Shown here: positions 1 through 13,102 of the stretch, piece by piece | Position numbering within the stretch: position 1 is the first letter of the stretch | How the letters are laid out: every line of letters begins with the position of its first letter | Position numbers and translations under genes: made by a program | Assembly: GCF_004010195.1 (NCBI RefSeq) | Contig: NC_057718.1 | Location: 54,199,585 to 54,263,584, forward strand | Reading direction: 5' to 3' | Source of the DNA: Chiloscyllium plagiosum | Lineage: Eukaryota | DNA: 64,000 bases | The notes under the pieces: generated by a model | Databases searched by the model: none | What the model saw: the letters and a program-made list of their open reading frames with translations, nothing else | Told to the model about the DNA's origin: nothing

Positions 1-990
1 GCAACACTCCCTAGGATCTTACCATTAAGTGTATAAGTCCTGCTAAGATTTGCTTTCCCAAAATGCAGCACCTCGCATTTATCTGAATTAAACTCCATCT
101 ACCACTTCTCAGCCCATTGACCCATCTGATCAAGATCCTGTTGTAATCGGAGGTAACCCTCTTCGCTGTCCACTAAACCTCCAATTTTGGTGTCATCTGT
201 AAACTTACTAACTGTATCTCTTATGCTCGCATCCAAATCATTTATATAAATGACAAAAAGTAGAGGACCAAGCACCAATCCTTGTGGCACTCCACTGGTC
301 ACAGACCTCCAGTCTGAAAAATAACCCTCCACCACCATCCTCTGTCTTCTACCTTTGAGCCTGTTCTGTATCCAAATGGCTAGCTCGCCCTGTATTCCGT
401 GAGATCTAACCTTGCTAATCAGTCTCCCATGCGGAACCTTGTGGAACGCCTTACTGAAGTCCATATAGATCACATCTACCATTCTGTCCTCATCAATCCT
501 CTTTGTTACTCCCTCAAAAAACTCTATCAAGTTTGTGAGACGTGATCTTCCACACACAAAGCCATGTTGACTATCCCTAATCAGTCCTTGCCTTTCCAAA
601 TACATGTACATCCTGTCCCTCAGGAATCTCTCCAACAACTTGTCCACCACTGACGTCAGGCTCACTGGTCTATAGTTCCCTGGCTTGTCCTTACCACCCT
701 TCTTAAACAGTGGCACCACGTTTGCCAACCTCCAGTCTTCCGGCACCTCACCTGTGACTATTGATGATACAAATATCTCAGCAATCACTTCTCTAGCTTC
801 CCACAGAGTTATAGGGTACTCCTAGATTTATCCACCTTTACCCATTTCAAGACATCCAGCACTTCCTCCTCTGTAACATGATCATTCTGCAAGATGTCAC
901 CATTGATTTCCCTACAGTCTACATCTTCCATATCCTTTTCCACAGTAAATACTGATGCAAAATACTCATTTTGTATCTCCCCCATTTTCT
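1..990 (-). mobile_element. CR1/HER1-type LINE fragment, reverse transcriptase region
   Basis: ORF 99..788 has CR1 RT motifs: VPEDWRLANVVPLFKKG, PGNYRPVSLTS, YMDFSKAF, SGVPQG, KFTDDTK. Confidence 0.92.
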
Positions 991-2887
991 GCCTTCAAAG
1001 AATGTTTAATGTTTCAATAATATCATCTTATATTCTTCCATATTCTAATGAGTACTTGCCCAAATTACTCAATCTCTCCACACAAGTTAGTTCCTCTGAG
1101 AATGTGTGCAGGGTATAAGCAGGCAGGGAAAGAGTTAAGTTCTGAGTTTTGAGAAACAAGAGGTTCAGCTGAGCATGACTCAGATCAGATAAGAACTTAC
1201 AGTTAAAAATGGGGAAAGAGAGTGGCTTGGACTGCTGCAGGGGCTTTCACTTATTATAAGCATAATTTCAGTGAGAGGATACACAAAAAATGAGAAATGC
1301 TAAAATTAAGGTTGTACTAATACTTGGGTTGAAAAAGGAAAGTTTCGGTGTAGATTGTGCCATGCTGAGAGGGTTTGATGTTTAAAAATTTTGATTTATT
1401 CAAATACTAGTTTGGAAAATTCTTTTAAGTAACTGTTTTGCCTTGTTTGAATCAGGATCTCAATTCTATGTGTTTTGTGGGCTATGTAATGGGGCAGATT
1501 TTGTTTTTGCTTTAAAATTGTACAGCATTATGTCCTTTTTAAAATTATCAAACTTGTAACCTTAAAACAAATTGAGTCCGTTGAGCCCCTGATTCGTTTG
1601 AAATTCTACAATGCCTGCTTAAAAAACACAGTTGGGTCAGTGGTCATGTTTTAGTCAAATGAGAGCATTGTATTATAATATCTTTGCCGCTGCTGTGTTT
1701 TTCGTGCAGAGCGTTCATAAAAAGAAGAGTACATTTGGAGTTTGATTTTTTATTAAGATTTCAGAGAATATTAGAACTTAAGTTTGAACTTTTTAAATTC
1801 TGTTAATTAACATTAAGACTTCATTGGTGCCCTTCATATTGCAAATTCAAATCTCTACCAAAGTTGCCACAGTAACTTTCACTGTTTTATTTGGGAAGTT
1901 TCATTTGGAGAACATATTTTAAAATATACAGCATTTGTTTCGCATGAATATTTGAGATTTAAATCTGAACTGAAACTGCCTCTTCAATTGCTAAAGCACA
2001 GGAAACATTTTGTTGTTTTCTTGCTGTTCCAGATTTTTGAAATACTTTTCCTGACAGCTTTCACATTAACCAAGTATCAATTTGTTAAATTTTTGAATAA
2101 CCTGAATGGAGGCACCCAAGGGTTTGATTTTAGGACTATTGATTGTTGTTTATACTTGACTGAAATGTTTCGGCAGTATAATCTAGATGTTTGTGGATTG
2201 TATAAAACTTGATAATGTCATAAATAGTAAACAAAGTAATAGACTTCAAGAATTCAAAGAATGTTGAAATAGGCAGACACAATTTAGTTTAGTTAAATGT
2301 GAACTGTTTTCCAACTGATAACCAACTTAGCAAGGAGGGAATGAGAGAGGAAATGCAGAGATACTTTCAGCAGCTAACATCTTCTCTAGAGTTTCTCAAT
2401 TCACAGGTAAAGCCTGCCTTTGGACCACCGCCCACCCCTCCACAACCTGTTCAATCAGCTCCCCAGTCATGAGCACGAAAAATGAAGAAACTAACAGTGA
2501 AGAGGAGATTGGTACGCTTTTAGTCAGTAGCCTTTCTATGGATATTAAACCACATGAGCTTTCCTTGTCTTTCAATCATTTAAGGGATATGAAGGTACAC
2601 TGATCAAGCTAACATCACGACAGCCAGTTGGCTTTGTTACATTTAACAGCAGAGCAGGAGCAGAAGCAGCAAAGAATACTGCATCCACCTAGCCTGCTGC
2701 TGCAGCTGCTGCACTGCACACTCAGATGCACTGGTATCTTCCACCTGAAGCATCTCCAGAAGGAAGGAAGTCTTATCGGTTTTGCTAACTATTTAAATGC
2801 CCTTATCCAAGAAATCAGATTTCTCTGAGGAGTGATGCAAGGATAGACTGATTTTTCTTTTCAAGTTGAACTTTACTGAAGGAGATT

Positions 2888-3133
2888 TTGGATAGCTGGT
2901 TTGATTCCATTCGACTTAGAGGGGATGGAGTCACTAAGGCCTGTGGATTTAAGAACTTTACTGGCCATTTTCTTTCCACATGGGAGGATTCTTCAAATTC
3001 TAATTACTGTAACGGGCTAGTAATTTTTGTTGTTATAATCATTGTATGCTGTGTGTCAATAACTTACTTAAATACTAGCTGGCAGAGTCTCATGAAAGCT
3101 GGTAGTGCCATCTCGGTGATTATCATGAAATGA
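2888..3133 (+). pseudogene. env: env transmembrane / C-terminal remnant of ERV-A
   Basis: SWFDS followed by the hydrophobic stretch LVIFVVIIIVCCV, directly upstream of the polypurine tract. Confidence 0.5.
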
Positions 3134-3146
3134 TAAAAGGAAGGAA

Positions 3147-3701
3147 TGAGAACATGTATAGGGTATAAGCAGGCAGGGAAAGAGTTAAGTTCTAAGTTTT
3201 GTGAAACAAGAGGTTCAGCTGAGCATGACTCAGATCAGATAAGAACTTACAGTTAACAATGGAGTGCTGGAGGCAAGGGTAATGGGTTAACAAGATGGAA
3301 AAGCATTCATTATGTAGAGCCATTTAACACGATGATGTAGCATTCAGTATATAAAGTCAGTTAACAAGGTGAAAAGTAATCATTATGTGAAGTTCGTTAT
3401 TCATTGCATAATAGCAGATGGCTTAATCTTTACTATTGACACTCACTGGTTATAATGGTCACACCATCAATATGTATTTTGCCTTATCTGGATGCTCCTC
3501 CCTGTAAAATGACTATAAAGTTCATTGAGAAACTGCTGTTCCAGAGAAGACCGTGAACTCATGCCCCTGTGCACATGGACGATCATTCTCTCTTCCATCC
3601 AGGGCCCGGAATAAAGACGAAGAGAGTAAAATTATACTGTGTCTCTGAGCATTTTGCTTCATCTGACAGGGGCGGGTTGGGGGAGAAACGGGACGACAAT
3701 G
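3147..3701 (+). repeat. 3' LTR of ERV-A
   Basis: Starts TG after the polypurine tract; TATAAA near 3514; AATAAA near 3610; ends at the TSD. The terminus is not a canonical CA. Confidence 0.7.
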
Positions 3702-4104
3702 CCTCCATACGTGGCATTAATGTCATGAACCTCCTCTGGACTGCCCCCAATGCCAATATATGTTTCCTTAGATAACAAGACTAAAATTGTTCACAATATT
3801 CTAGTTATTGTCTAAATAATACCTTGTATAGTTTCAGGAAAACCTCTTTACTTTTATATTCCGATCCCTTTGAAATAAAAAACAATATTCCAGTTTCCTT
3901 CCCCATTTCATGTTGAGCTTGGGTGCTAGCCTTTTGTGATTAATGGACAAGAACTCCCAAATCCCCCTGTTCCACCATTCTTCCTGCCAAACTGCAAAAC
4001 CTAACATTTTCTCACATTATATTCCATCTGACAATTTTTTAAACATTCACTTAACCTATCTATATCTGTCAACAAAGTCTTTGTGTCATTCTTAACACCT
4101 GTCT

Positions 4105-4408
4105 TCTGCTCACAGCTCCAGGGACCCAGGTTTGATTCTAGCCTCAGGCGACAGTCTGTGTGGAGTTTGGACATTCTCCCTATGTCTGCGTGGGTTTCCT
4201 CCAGTTGCTCCAGCTTCCTCCCGCTATCCAAAGATGTGCAGCTTCGGTGAATTGGCCATGCTAAATTGCCCATAGTGTTCAGGAGTAAATGTAGAGTAAT
4301 AGGATAGGGGAATGGGTCTGGATGGGTTACACTTTGGAGGATCGGTTGTGGACTTGTTGGGTCGAAGGGCCTGTTTCCACACTATTGTCATTCTATGATT
4401 CTATGATC
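4105..4408 (+). mobile_element. HE1-type SINE, 5' truncated
   Basis: Box-B-like ggtttgattc, core tgtgtggagtttg..cattctccc, CR1-like 3' tail ctatgattctatga. Confidence 0.85.
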
Positions 4409-4809
4409 TACTTTTGTGTCATCCACAAACCTGGCTATAGTATATTCGCTTTAGTCACCCAGGTCATTGAAAATAATTGTGGCCACAGCACTGTTCCCAG
4501 AGGCTCATCACTAGTAACAGGTTGTCAGTCTGAAAATGCCTCCCACCCAACCTGACTCTGTGTCTTCTGTTAGTTAGCCAATCTTCTCCCTATGCTAAAA
4601 TACTGCCCAAAACACCATGAGCTCTTACTACGTAACATAATGTGTGGCACCTTAACAGATGCCTTCTGAAAATTGAAATATATTATAGAGTCATACAGCG
4701 CAGAAACAGACCCTTCAGTCCAACTCAGCCATGCCAACCAGGCATCCCAATCTCACCTAGTCCCATTTGCCAGCATTTGGCCCATATCCCTCTGGATTCT
4801 TCCTATTCA

Positions 4810-5014
4810 CGTGAAAAAGTGTTGCACTGGAAAAGCACAGCAGGTCAGGCAGCATCCAAGGCGCAGGAGAATCGATGTTTTGGGCATAAGGAATGAAGGG
4901 CTTATGCCCGAAACATCGATTCTCCTGCTACTCAGATGCTACCTGACCTACTGTGCTTTTCCAGCGCAACACTTTTTGACTCTAATCCTTAGCGTCTGCA
5001 GTCCTCACTTTCTC
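4810..5014 (+). mobile_element. PLE terminal fragment with inverted 5' copy (fold-back)
   Basis: About 4813-4889 is the reverse complement of about 4898-4977. TSD cttcctattca at 4799-4809 and 5015-5025. Confidence 0.8.
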
Positions 5015-6129
5015 CTTCCTATTCATGTCCCCACCCAAATGTTTTTAAAATTTTAAAACTGTATCCACCTCCACCATTTGTTTCGGCAGCTCATTCCACG
5101 CACACACCACCATCTTCATGAAAAATTACCCCTCGGGTCCTTTTAAAATCTTTCCCCTTTCACCTTAAATCTATGTCCTCTAGTTTTGGAGTCCCTCACC
5201 TAAGAAAAAGAACTGGCTACTCACCCTATCTGTGATTCATGATTTTATAAACCTCGATAATGTCACCCTTCAGCCTCAGTCGCTCTAGGGAAAAGAGCCC
5301 CAGCCTATTCAGCCTCTCCCTGTAACTCAAACCCTCCAGTCCCAGCAACATCCTTGTAAATTTGTCTGCACCCTCTCAAGTTTAACAGTATCCTTCTTAA
5401 GAAAAGAACAACTGGAATTGAATGCAATATTCCAAAAGTGACCTCACCAATATCTTATATAGCCATAACATGGCATCACAACCGCTATGCTCAGTGTTAT
5501 GATCAACGAAGGCAAGCTTGTCAAATGCCTTCTTCATCACCTGCGACTCCTCTTTCAAGCAACTATGTACCTAAACCCTAGATCTCTTTGTTCAGCAATA
5601 TTCCCCAGGGTCGTAACATTAACTGTATAAGTCCTGCCCCGGTATGCCTTACCAAAATGGAACACCTCATATTTATTGAAATTAAACTTCATCTGTCACT
5701 CCTCGGCTCATCAGCCCATCTAATCAAGGTCCCATCATACTCTGAAATAATCTTCTTCACTGTCCACTACACCACTATTTTGAGTCACCTACAAACTCAC
5801 TAACCATACCTCATACATTCACATTCAAGACATCTATGCAAATGAGAAAAAAACAGCTCTGATCGTTGAGGCACACCATCAGTCACAGATCTCCAGTCCA
5901 AAAAACAACCCTACACCACCACCCTGTGTCTCCTGCCTTCAAGCCAATTTTGTATCCAGTTGGCTAGCTCCCCCAGATCCCATGTGATCTAACTTATCAA
6001 CCAGTCTACTATGTGGAATCTTATCAAATGTTTTCATAAGTAAACATACACAAAGTCTACCACTCTGCCTTATTCAATCTTTTTGTTACCTCTTCAAAAA
6101 ATACAATCAAGTTAGTGAGACATGATTTA

Positions 6130-6720
6130 TCTAACCTGATTTATTGCATCTGTTATCCCCGATGTGGTCTCCTCTGCATCTGAAAGACCAAGTGCAAACC
6201 CGGCAGCCAGTTCAGGGAATATTTATGGTCCGTACACTCCAATCAACCCCACCTTCCAGCTGCCAACTATTTCAACTCTCCCTCCCACACCCCTGACGAC
6301 ATGTCCATGCTGGGTCTCCTCCACTGTCAACACATGGCCACATGTAAACTGGAAGAAGAAACCTCACCTTCCACCTTGGGAGCATGCAACCATATGGTCT
6401 CAACATAGAATTCACCAGCTTCCAAATCTCCCCAATCCCCACCTCATCACATGCCTGGCCCTCTCTCTCCACCACCTCCTTAACCTGACCCTACCTGTCC
6501 ATCTTCCTTCCCACCGATCCACATCACCCTTCCCACTGACCAGTTACAGCCATGTCCTACTTGCATCCACCTGTCACCATCCAAACCCACCTTTCCTCCA
6601 GCCTCAACCCTCTTCCCATCCCCCAGTCCTGATGAAAGGTTCCAACCTGACATATCGACTCCCCTTCTCCTCTGACGCTGCTTGACCTGCTGTGCTTTTT
6701 CCAGCTCCACTCTTTATCCA
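6130..6720 (+). mobile_element. Penelope-like element, GIY-YIG endonuclease end plus terminal repeat
   Basis: Homologous to 53821-54381; degenerate hammerhead ctgatgaaaggttccaacctgaca near 6629. Confidence 0.75.
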
Positions 6721-6943
6721 CACTATGTTGACTATCCCTAATCAGTCCTAGCCTTTAAAAATACGTGTAAATCCTGTCCCTCAGAACTCCATTCGACAAC
6801 TTACCCACCACTGATGTAAAGCTCAACAGCCTATAGTTCCCTGGATTTTCTTTACAGCCTTTCTTAACTAATGGCACCACATTCGCCAACTTCCAGTCTT
6901 CCGGCACCACACCCATGGCTATCAATAATACAAATATCTCAGG

Positions 6944-7105
6944 TTTAATTAGAAGTACACAAGCTTTCGGAGCGACGCTCCTTCATCAGGTGATTGTCAC
7001 TCCGAAAGCTAGTGTGCTTCCAATTAAACCTGTTGGACTATAACCTGGTGTTGTGTGATTTTTAACTTTGTAACCCCAGTCCAACACCAGCATCTCCGAA
7101 TCATG
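6944..7105. mobile_element. Second PLE family terminal fragment with inversion
   Basis: 14-bp TSD acaaatatctcagg at 6930-6943 and 7106-7119; internal inverted repeat; minus-strand hammerhead core. Confidence 0.75.
6958..6992 (-). ncRNA. Minimal type I hammerhead ribozyme motif (PLE family 2)
   Basis: Minus strand reads cac-CTGATGA-a-ggagc gtc gctcc-GAAA-GCTT-gtg; stem I (cac/gtg) and stem II both pair. Confidence 0.65.
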
Positions 7106-7439
7106 ACAAATATCTCAGGAAGTGGCCCAGCAATCTCTCCCCTAGTTTCCCACAAAGTGTTAGGAAACACCTGATCAGGTCAGGGGAACTTATCTACCTT
7201 TATGCATTTTAAGATCTTCAGTACCTCCTCTGTAATATGGACACTTTTCAAGACATTACTCTCTATTTCCCTAAGTTCCTTAGCTTCCATGTTCTTCTCC
7301 ACAGTAAAAACTGGTGCAAACTATTAATTTAGTATCAGACCTATCTCCTGTGGTACCACACATAGACGGCCACATTGTTTCTTAAAGGGCCTTATTCTAC
7401 CCTGCTGTTTTACTCTTTCATTGTTTTCATTTTATCTAT

Positions 7440-8880
7440 CTGCTTGCTATCTCCTCAAAGAATTCTGGAAATCTGCCAGGCATAGTTTCCCTTTCATGAA
7501 GCCATGCTAACTCTGCTTCATCATATTATGAATTTCTAATTGCTCTGCTATTATATCCCTTTTAATAGACTTTAACATTTTCCCAATAATAGATGTTAAG
7601 CTAACTGTTTAAGTTACTTTTTTAGTCACCATCTCTTTTTAAATAAAAGTGGTATAGTGACAGTTTTCCAATCCTCTGGAAATTTCCAAACTCTGAGACT
7701 GCCTGAAAGATTATGACCTTTATCTCTGTAGCTACTTCTTTTAATATCCTAGGATGCATCCCATCAAGACAGGGAACTTATCAATTGTGAGCCGCATTAA
7801 TTTTCCTAGTAACTTTTTCTCTATTAATAATTACTGCATTTATTTCCTGTCCTTTCTCCCTCTGATTATTTAGTTATTTTGGATAGCTATTAGTGAAAAT
7901 TGATTCAAAGTATTTGTTCAGCTCTTCTGACATTTTTTGATTCCTCATTTTTTATTTCCCCACCTTATTCTCTAAAGAATCTATATTCAATTTGGCTTCT
8001 CTCTTCCTTGTCATATATTTTTTTAAATGCTGCTGTCTTTCTTGATATTACTTGCAAGTTTATCCTCCAAGTTTATTTTCTCCCTTTTTATTCTTTTTTG
8101 GTCACTTTCATCAGTTTTAAAAATGTTCCCAATCTTCCAGCTTACCCCTAAACTTTTTCTTTTAATCTGATGCTACCTTTAATTTCCCTGGTTAAAAATG
8201 GCTGTCTTATCCCCTTTCTAGAATTCTTCTCTCTCACTGGCATATATCTTTGCTGTGAGCCATGAACTATTTTCTTAAACATCTGCCATTCATACTGAAA
8301 TGTTTTTGCTGCTAAACTTCTTCCCAGTCCACTCCAGCCAGCTCTGCCCTTGTTCCCTCCTACTTCGCCTTGTTTAGCTTTACTTGCAACTTGCAGCGCC
8401 CACTCAAACTGAATGTTAAATTCTACAATGTAGTGAGCACTATTTCCTCCGGAATCTTTAAGCTTGACAGCATTTACTAAAATCTGCCTCATTACACATC
8501 GCTAAATCCAAAACAGCATAACACTTGGCTGGATCCATAACATATTGTTCTTAGAAACTGTTGTGAATACACTCTATGCATTCTTCTTCATGGCTTCCTC
8601 TGCCAATCTGACTATCCTAATCTACATTAAAAATAAAATCACCCATGATTAATGTACTGCCTTTGTTACATGCCCTCATTATCTCTGATTTTTTTCTCTG
8701 TCCAACCAGTAGCTAATTTTAGGCACCCTATTCAAAACTTCTAGTAGTGCTTCCTTTCCCCTTTCATTTCTTTTCTCCACCCATATCGATTCTACATCTT
8801 CTGATTCAAAATCACTTGTACGTATTCCATCTACTACCACCAATTCTGTCTCACCACACTTCTGCCTGTCCTTTCAGAAA
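7440..8880 (-). mobile_element. Old CR1 LINE continuation (EN-RT linker region)
   Basis: ORF 8148..8492 resembles CR1 ORF2 (EWQMFKKIV..QQRYMPVREK..QPFLTREIK). Confidence 0.65.
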
Positions 8881-9985
8881 TTCAAGTATGGGAGAAGGCC
8901 CAAAGTACACTGTGGAGTAACAGGAAACAAATCAATTGCCCATAATAGGTAAAATATTACAGAAAGAATAGTACTTACAATGCTGAGGAAAAAATGATCA
9001 TTCAGCAGATACACAATGGCAAACACATGAAGTAACAGAATGTTTTTCAAGTCATGAATGAACTCACAGCCAGGAACTCAACTCAGCCAGTTTTATTGAG
9101 AGCCAGCTGTCCAAAACAGAGACTAGAGTAAGGTTACAGTAGTAGCTGCACTTAAAATCAAACACAGATAACTGCAATCTGCATGAGTACCAGCAATAAG
9201 ATTGACAGGATAAACTCTTCATAGTGTATATGATGGGCCCACAGAAGGAATTTGACTGATGCAGACTCACATGATGGTTTTTTGGAATGCAAAGTTCAAG
9301 TTAAATGACAGAGAGACGAGCTTGAATTAGATACCGTAAGAAATGTATTGATCCTTTCAGATGCTGGGTCATGGTTGAGACCAAGTACTCTCTTTTAAAC
9401 TTTGAGGCTTGGAAAGAAAAATACAATTAGAGTAAGATGGTAGGTGCACACTACACTTCACTACAACATATAAAAAAAGACTGAAGAGACCTTCTATGTA
9501 ATTTCTGACCATTATGATTATTTATTAGGCAGGGCTACATAGCTAGCTTTATACATCCTACAGATAGCAGACACCAAAGACAATTAATCCTAGAATTGCA
9601 AGAGGATAGCAAAAACCCTCACTCCTCCCTATCTCTATAATTCTTTCCAGCTCTAAAACTGTTTGAGATGTCTGCACTAAACCATGCTTCTTGTGCATGC
9701 CCAGTTTCAATTGCTCTAGTTTTCATTCAGACAAGGTTAATATGCAAGGTAAGGGTGAGGCCATGGAAACAATTGTAAGTAGCCTGAGGAACAAATGACC
9801 ATTAGACTCATTATCTACAGGAAAAACTGGTGGAAATTTTGATCATGTAATGAAATTACAATGGCTCTATTTTTATAAAGGGAGTAAGTTCATTAAAAAG
9901 CCACAAAAAATTCAGAATAGCTGATGTTATAGGATTTTAGATGAATTGTTTTAATCAAATTATCACTCAGAAAAAGCTAGATGAT

Positions 9986-10332
9986 GGGGTGGCACAATGG
10001 CTCAGTGGTTAGCACTGCTGTCTCACAGTGGTAGGGACCTAGGTTCAATTCTAGCCTCAGGCAATTGTCTATGTGGAGTTTGCACATTCTCTCTGTGTTT
10101 GCATGGGTCCCCTCTGGGTGCTCTAGTTTCCTCACACAGACCAAAGGTGTGCAGATTAGGTGAATTGGCCATGCTAAATTCCCATAGTGTTCAGGGATGT
10201 GTCGATTAGGTGCATTAGTCAGGGGAAATGTAGAGTAGTAGGGTAATGGATCTGGGTGGGATACTCTTGAGAGGGTTGGTGTTGACTTGTTGAGCCTAAT
10301 AGCCTCTTTCCACTTTGTAGATATTCTATGAT
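9986..10332 (+). mobile_element. HE1-type SINE, full length
   Basis: tRNA-like head tggctcagtggttagcactg, box B ggttcaattc, conserved core, tail ttctatgatt. Confidence 0.9.
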
Positions 10333-12734
10333 TTAGGCTAAAATTAACACTACCTTTTGTCTTCTTATTCATATTTAAAGGCTGATGAAACCTATGCTAT
10401 GACGTGGAATTTTCACTTGTTACGAATTAAAAGTAAAATATTTTGACAATCTCTAGGATAGGCCTCTCCAAATTGCAGAACATTGATGATTTAGATAAGC
10501 TTCTGGGAAATACTGTCATCAAAGCAGTTTACAAATCAAGACTGCTGTTTATTTGCTTACTCTAGCATTAATCATAAAATACTCATCTAGATTAGTCACT
10601 TTCAGCACTGGAAGTGAAAATGATCTCTACAGGAAGGAATTTAATCAAGCCTTCTACATAATGGTGTATAAAAGAGATGTGAATTCTGCCCAGAAAGGAA
10701 AGGCCACTTGTTTCAATATTCATTCAATTGCCCAGAACTCTGATGAAGTACTGCATCATCAGCCCAGCAAATATAGCTCTCTCAATTTTCTCAAATTAAA
10801 AAAGGTTGAAAGACACAAAGTGGATTGAAATGAAACAGATTGAAATTTGTTACACTGATACTATGTGACAATCATTTGTTGCCATGGCGATCATTTTCTT
10901 CTGTAAAATCATTTGATAAATCTGGGAAGATGAGATGCACCAGATTATCTCCAGTCTGACTCAACTGAAGATGTTTGGTAAACTGTAAGAATGTGGAATT
11001 AGATTATAAATGTCTTTCCACTCTTAATCTTGAACACGCCACATAGTCAAGAGTGCTATTTCCATACAATTAAATTGATTCCTTTCACCAGTGTGTAAAA
11101 CCCTTAATTGTATATTTCATCATGTGTGAATTGACTTATATTTACATAAAAGCTGAGTTTTGAATCAAGACTGTAATCTATCCAGTTAAGCAGAGAGGCG
11201 ATTCAAATAGACTAGAATTAAATAGAGAAATTAACCATGAATTAGGCTGGTGGAAACTCAAGTGGTGGCTGACTGGAAAATGCGGTTAAGTCATAGGAAT
11301 ATATCTGTTGCTTGGCTCTCATACCAAGGTTACTTTAACACTGCTGTATCTTTGGATAATTTAAGTGTCTAAATAATGCATGTAGGAGTTTCATCAACAC
11401 ATAAAAAGTCAGTATCCAATCATTTATATCTACAGAGTTGATAACTTGTATTTATTTGGTACTTTTTATTAGTAAACGTTCCACTCATTAAAACCCAGTT
11501 CATGCGCTGTAAGTCAAGGATCACAGAATGGACATGGTACATTCCAAATCAAATGGTAATTCCCATTCTATTCGGAAAAGCTTCCCCAGACTCCACTAAC
11601 GTAATTGATCTGACAGCCAGAGATTTGACTTCTCTGTTGCATGATCATAGTAACCCCTCAGCTAGCAAGCTGCCTCGGGTTGCCCACTTCAAGCAGCCAG
11701 TTTGTCTGTGGAATGGCTGTGAAGCCTTCTGTTAAAATAAGTTGGGTTTGCAAGACCACAGTGAAAACTCCCCAGAAACGTTCACCAATATTGACAACAG
11801 GGAAGCTGCAAGGTTCACCGGGGACCAAGAGAGATCAACACCATTAGAATTAAATAGTTCAGAAATAGGAGGAATTAAACAGGGCAAAAAGACAAGGCAG
11901 ATTATGGAGGATTTAAGGTGCATTGTATCACATCCGGGAAGAAATGTTATTGACCTTCAGGCACAAGAAGCCCATCTGGTCATGACTTTAGGGAAATAAT
12001 GGAGACCTGATATTTAATTTTTCTGGCTACAATGTATTCACCATCTGGGGCCAGAAGATAAAAGGGTAATTGCATTTTCTTCCAAGATACTCATCTCTAA
12101 ATATGTGTTTATGTACTTAAGGGTTCAAAGATAGAGGTTATAAATCAAGAAAGAGTAGAAGAGCTATTCTGCTGCTGGGTGCACAATAGAGATCATCAAA
12201 TAGTGGAAAGGTGACAGAGCAGCAAACTTACAGGCTAGTTGCAAAACGATACATATATGTGTATATATATCCAGGCAACAAGAAACAGTGCTGGGTCTGG
12301 GTCTGGGAAATGACATAGAGCAAAGGGAGCATGTTGTGTGGAAAATATTCAAGAAGCAATCATCACAATCATCACAAACTAGTCCTTTTGACTAGTCATG
12401 GAAAGGAATGAGAAATAAAATCAAACTTTGAAATATTTAACTAAAGGAGCTGTAATTTCAGTGAGTTGAAATGGGATGTGGCCCAAATGGATTGATATCA
12501 AAGATTGGCAGATAATTAACAATAAATGAATAATGGGATTCCTTCAAAAGAGAAGGTAGCCAAGGCACAGACTAGACACAACTCCATGAGGGATAGGGAA
12601 GAATATGCAATGGTAGAGCTCTGTGGATAGTTGAACATATTGGGAAATACTGGATTGAGCCCATTATCAGATATGTGTCAAGTAATCACAGCTACACTCC
12701 TCATGGCTTTCTTGTCATTAACTTTAACTATCGG

Positions 12735-12916
12735 CTGGGAAATCAAGGTGGTCATGCCTACAACTTTCCAACATGCAGCGAACCTGACCAAGGCCCTGAT
12801 GAAAGGTTCCAATCTGAAACGTTGACTCACTTGCTCGTCTTGACCTGCTGTGCTCTTTCTAGCTCCACACTTTGTTCACTCTGACTTTCCAGCATCTATA
12901 GTGCTCACTATCTCCT
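12735..12916 (+). mobile_element. PLE terminal fragment with degenerate hammerhead
   Basis: ctgatgaaaggttccaatctgaaacgttgac, followed by gacctgctgtgctctttctagc. Confidence 0.65.
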
Positions 12917-13102
12917 AGGGCCTACACTGGCAGCATTGACTCCAAGCAAAGCCCCAGCTTGACAGCAACCACTCAGCAGAATTAATGCAAATAGCATAAA
13001 TCAAGCCAAAGATAGCACAAAAAGGGAAAATTTCCGAAACCTAATGCTCTCCCAATCAGATAAAAAAGAAGCTCACAGATCATCGAAATATAGTCTTCCA
13101 TT

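Larger units (their letters stand above)
1097..3701 (+). mobile_element. Degenerate, internally deleted endogenous retrovirus (ERV-A)
   Basis: 1097-1212 repeats at 3147-3262 (5' LTR remnant and start of 3' LTR). A purine tract at 3136-3146 precedes the TG start. CCTC flanks both sides (1093-1096, 3702-3705). An env TM-like remnant lies just before the purine tract. Confidence 0.75.
991..4685 (-). mobile_element. Older CR1 LINE 3' portion, split by an ERV (1097-3701) and a SINE (4105-4408)
   Basis: Removing 1097-3701 rejoins a CR1-like antisense sequence (caagttagttcctc|catacg...gaacctcctctggactgcc). RT-like residues appear at 4001-4100 (DIDRLSECLKNCQMEYNVRKC). Confidence 0.7.
4686..7400 (-). 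mobile_element. CR1/HER1 LINE (about 2.7 kb) carrying three PLE insertions
   Basis: Antisense tail tagagtcat at 4686. The body is colinear with the CR1 at 1-990 (e.g. 6720-6940 matches 565-780). Confidence 0.85.

Noticed and set aside
9986..10070. tRNA gene
   Set aside because: It is the tRNA-derived head of a SINE, followed by SINE core and tail.
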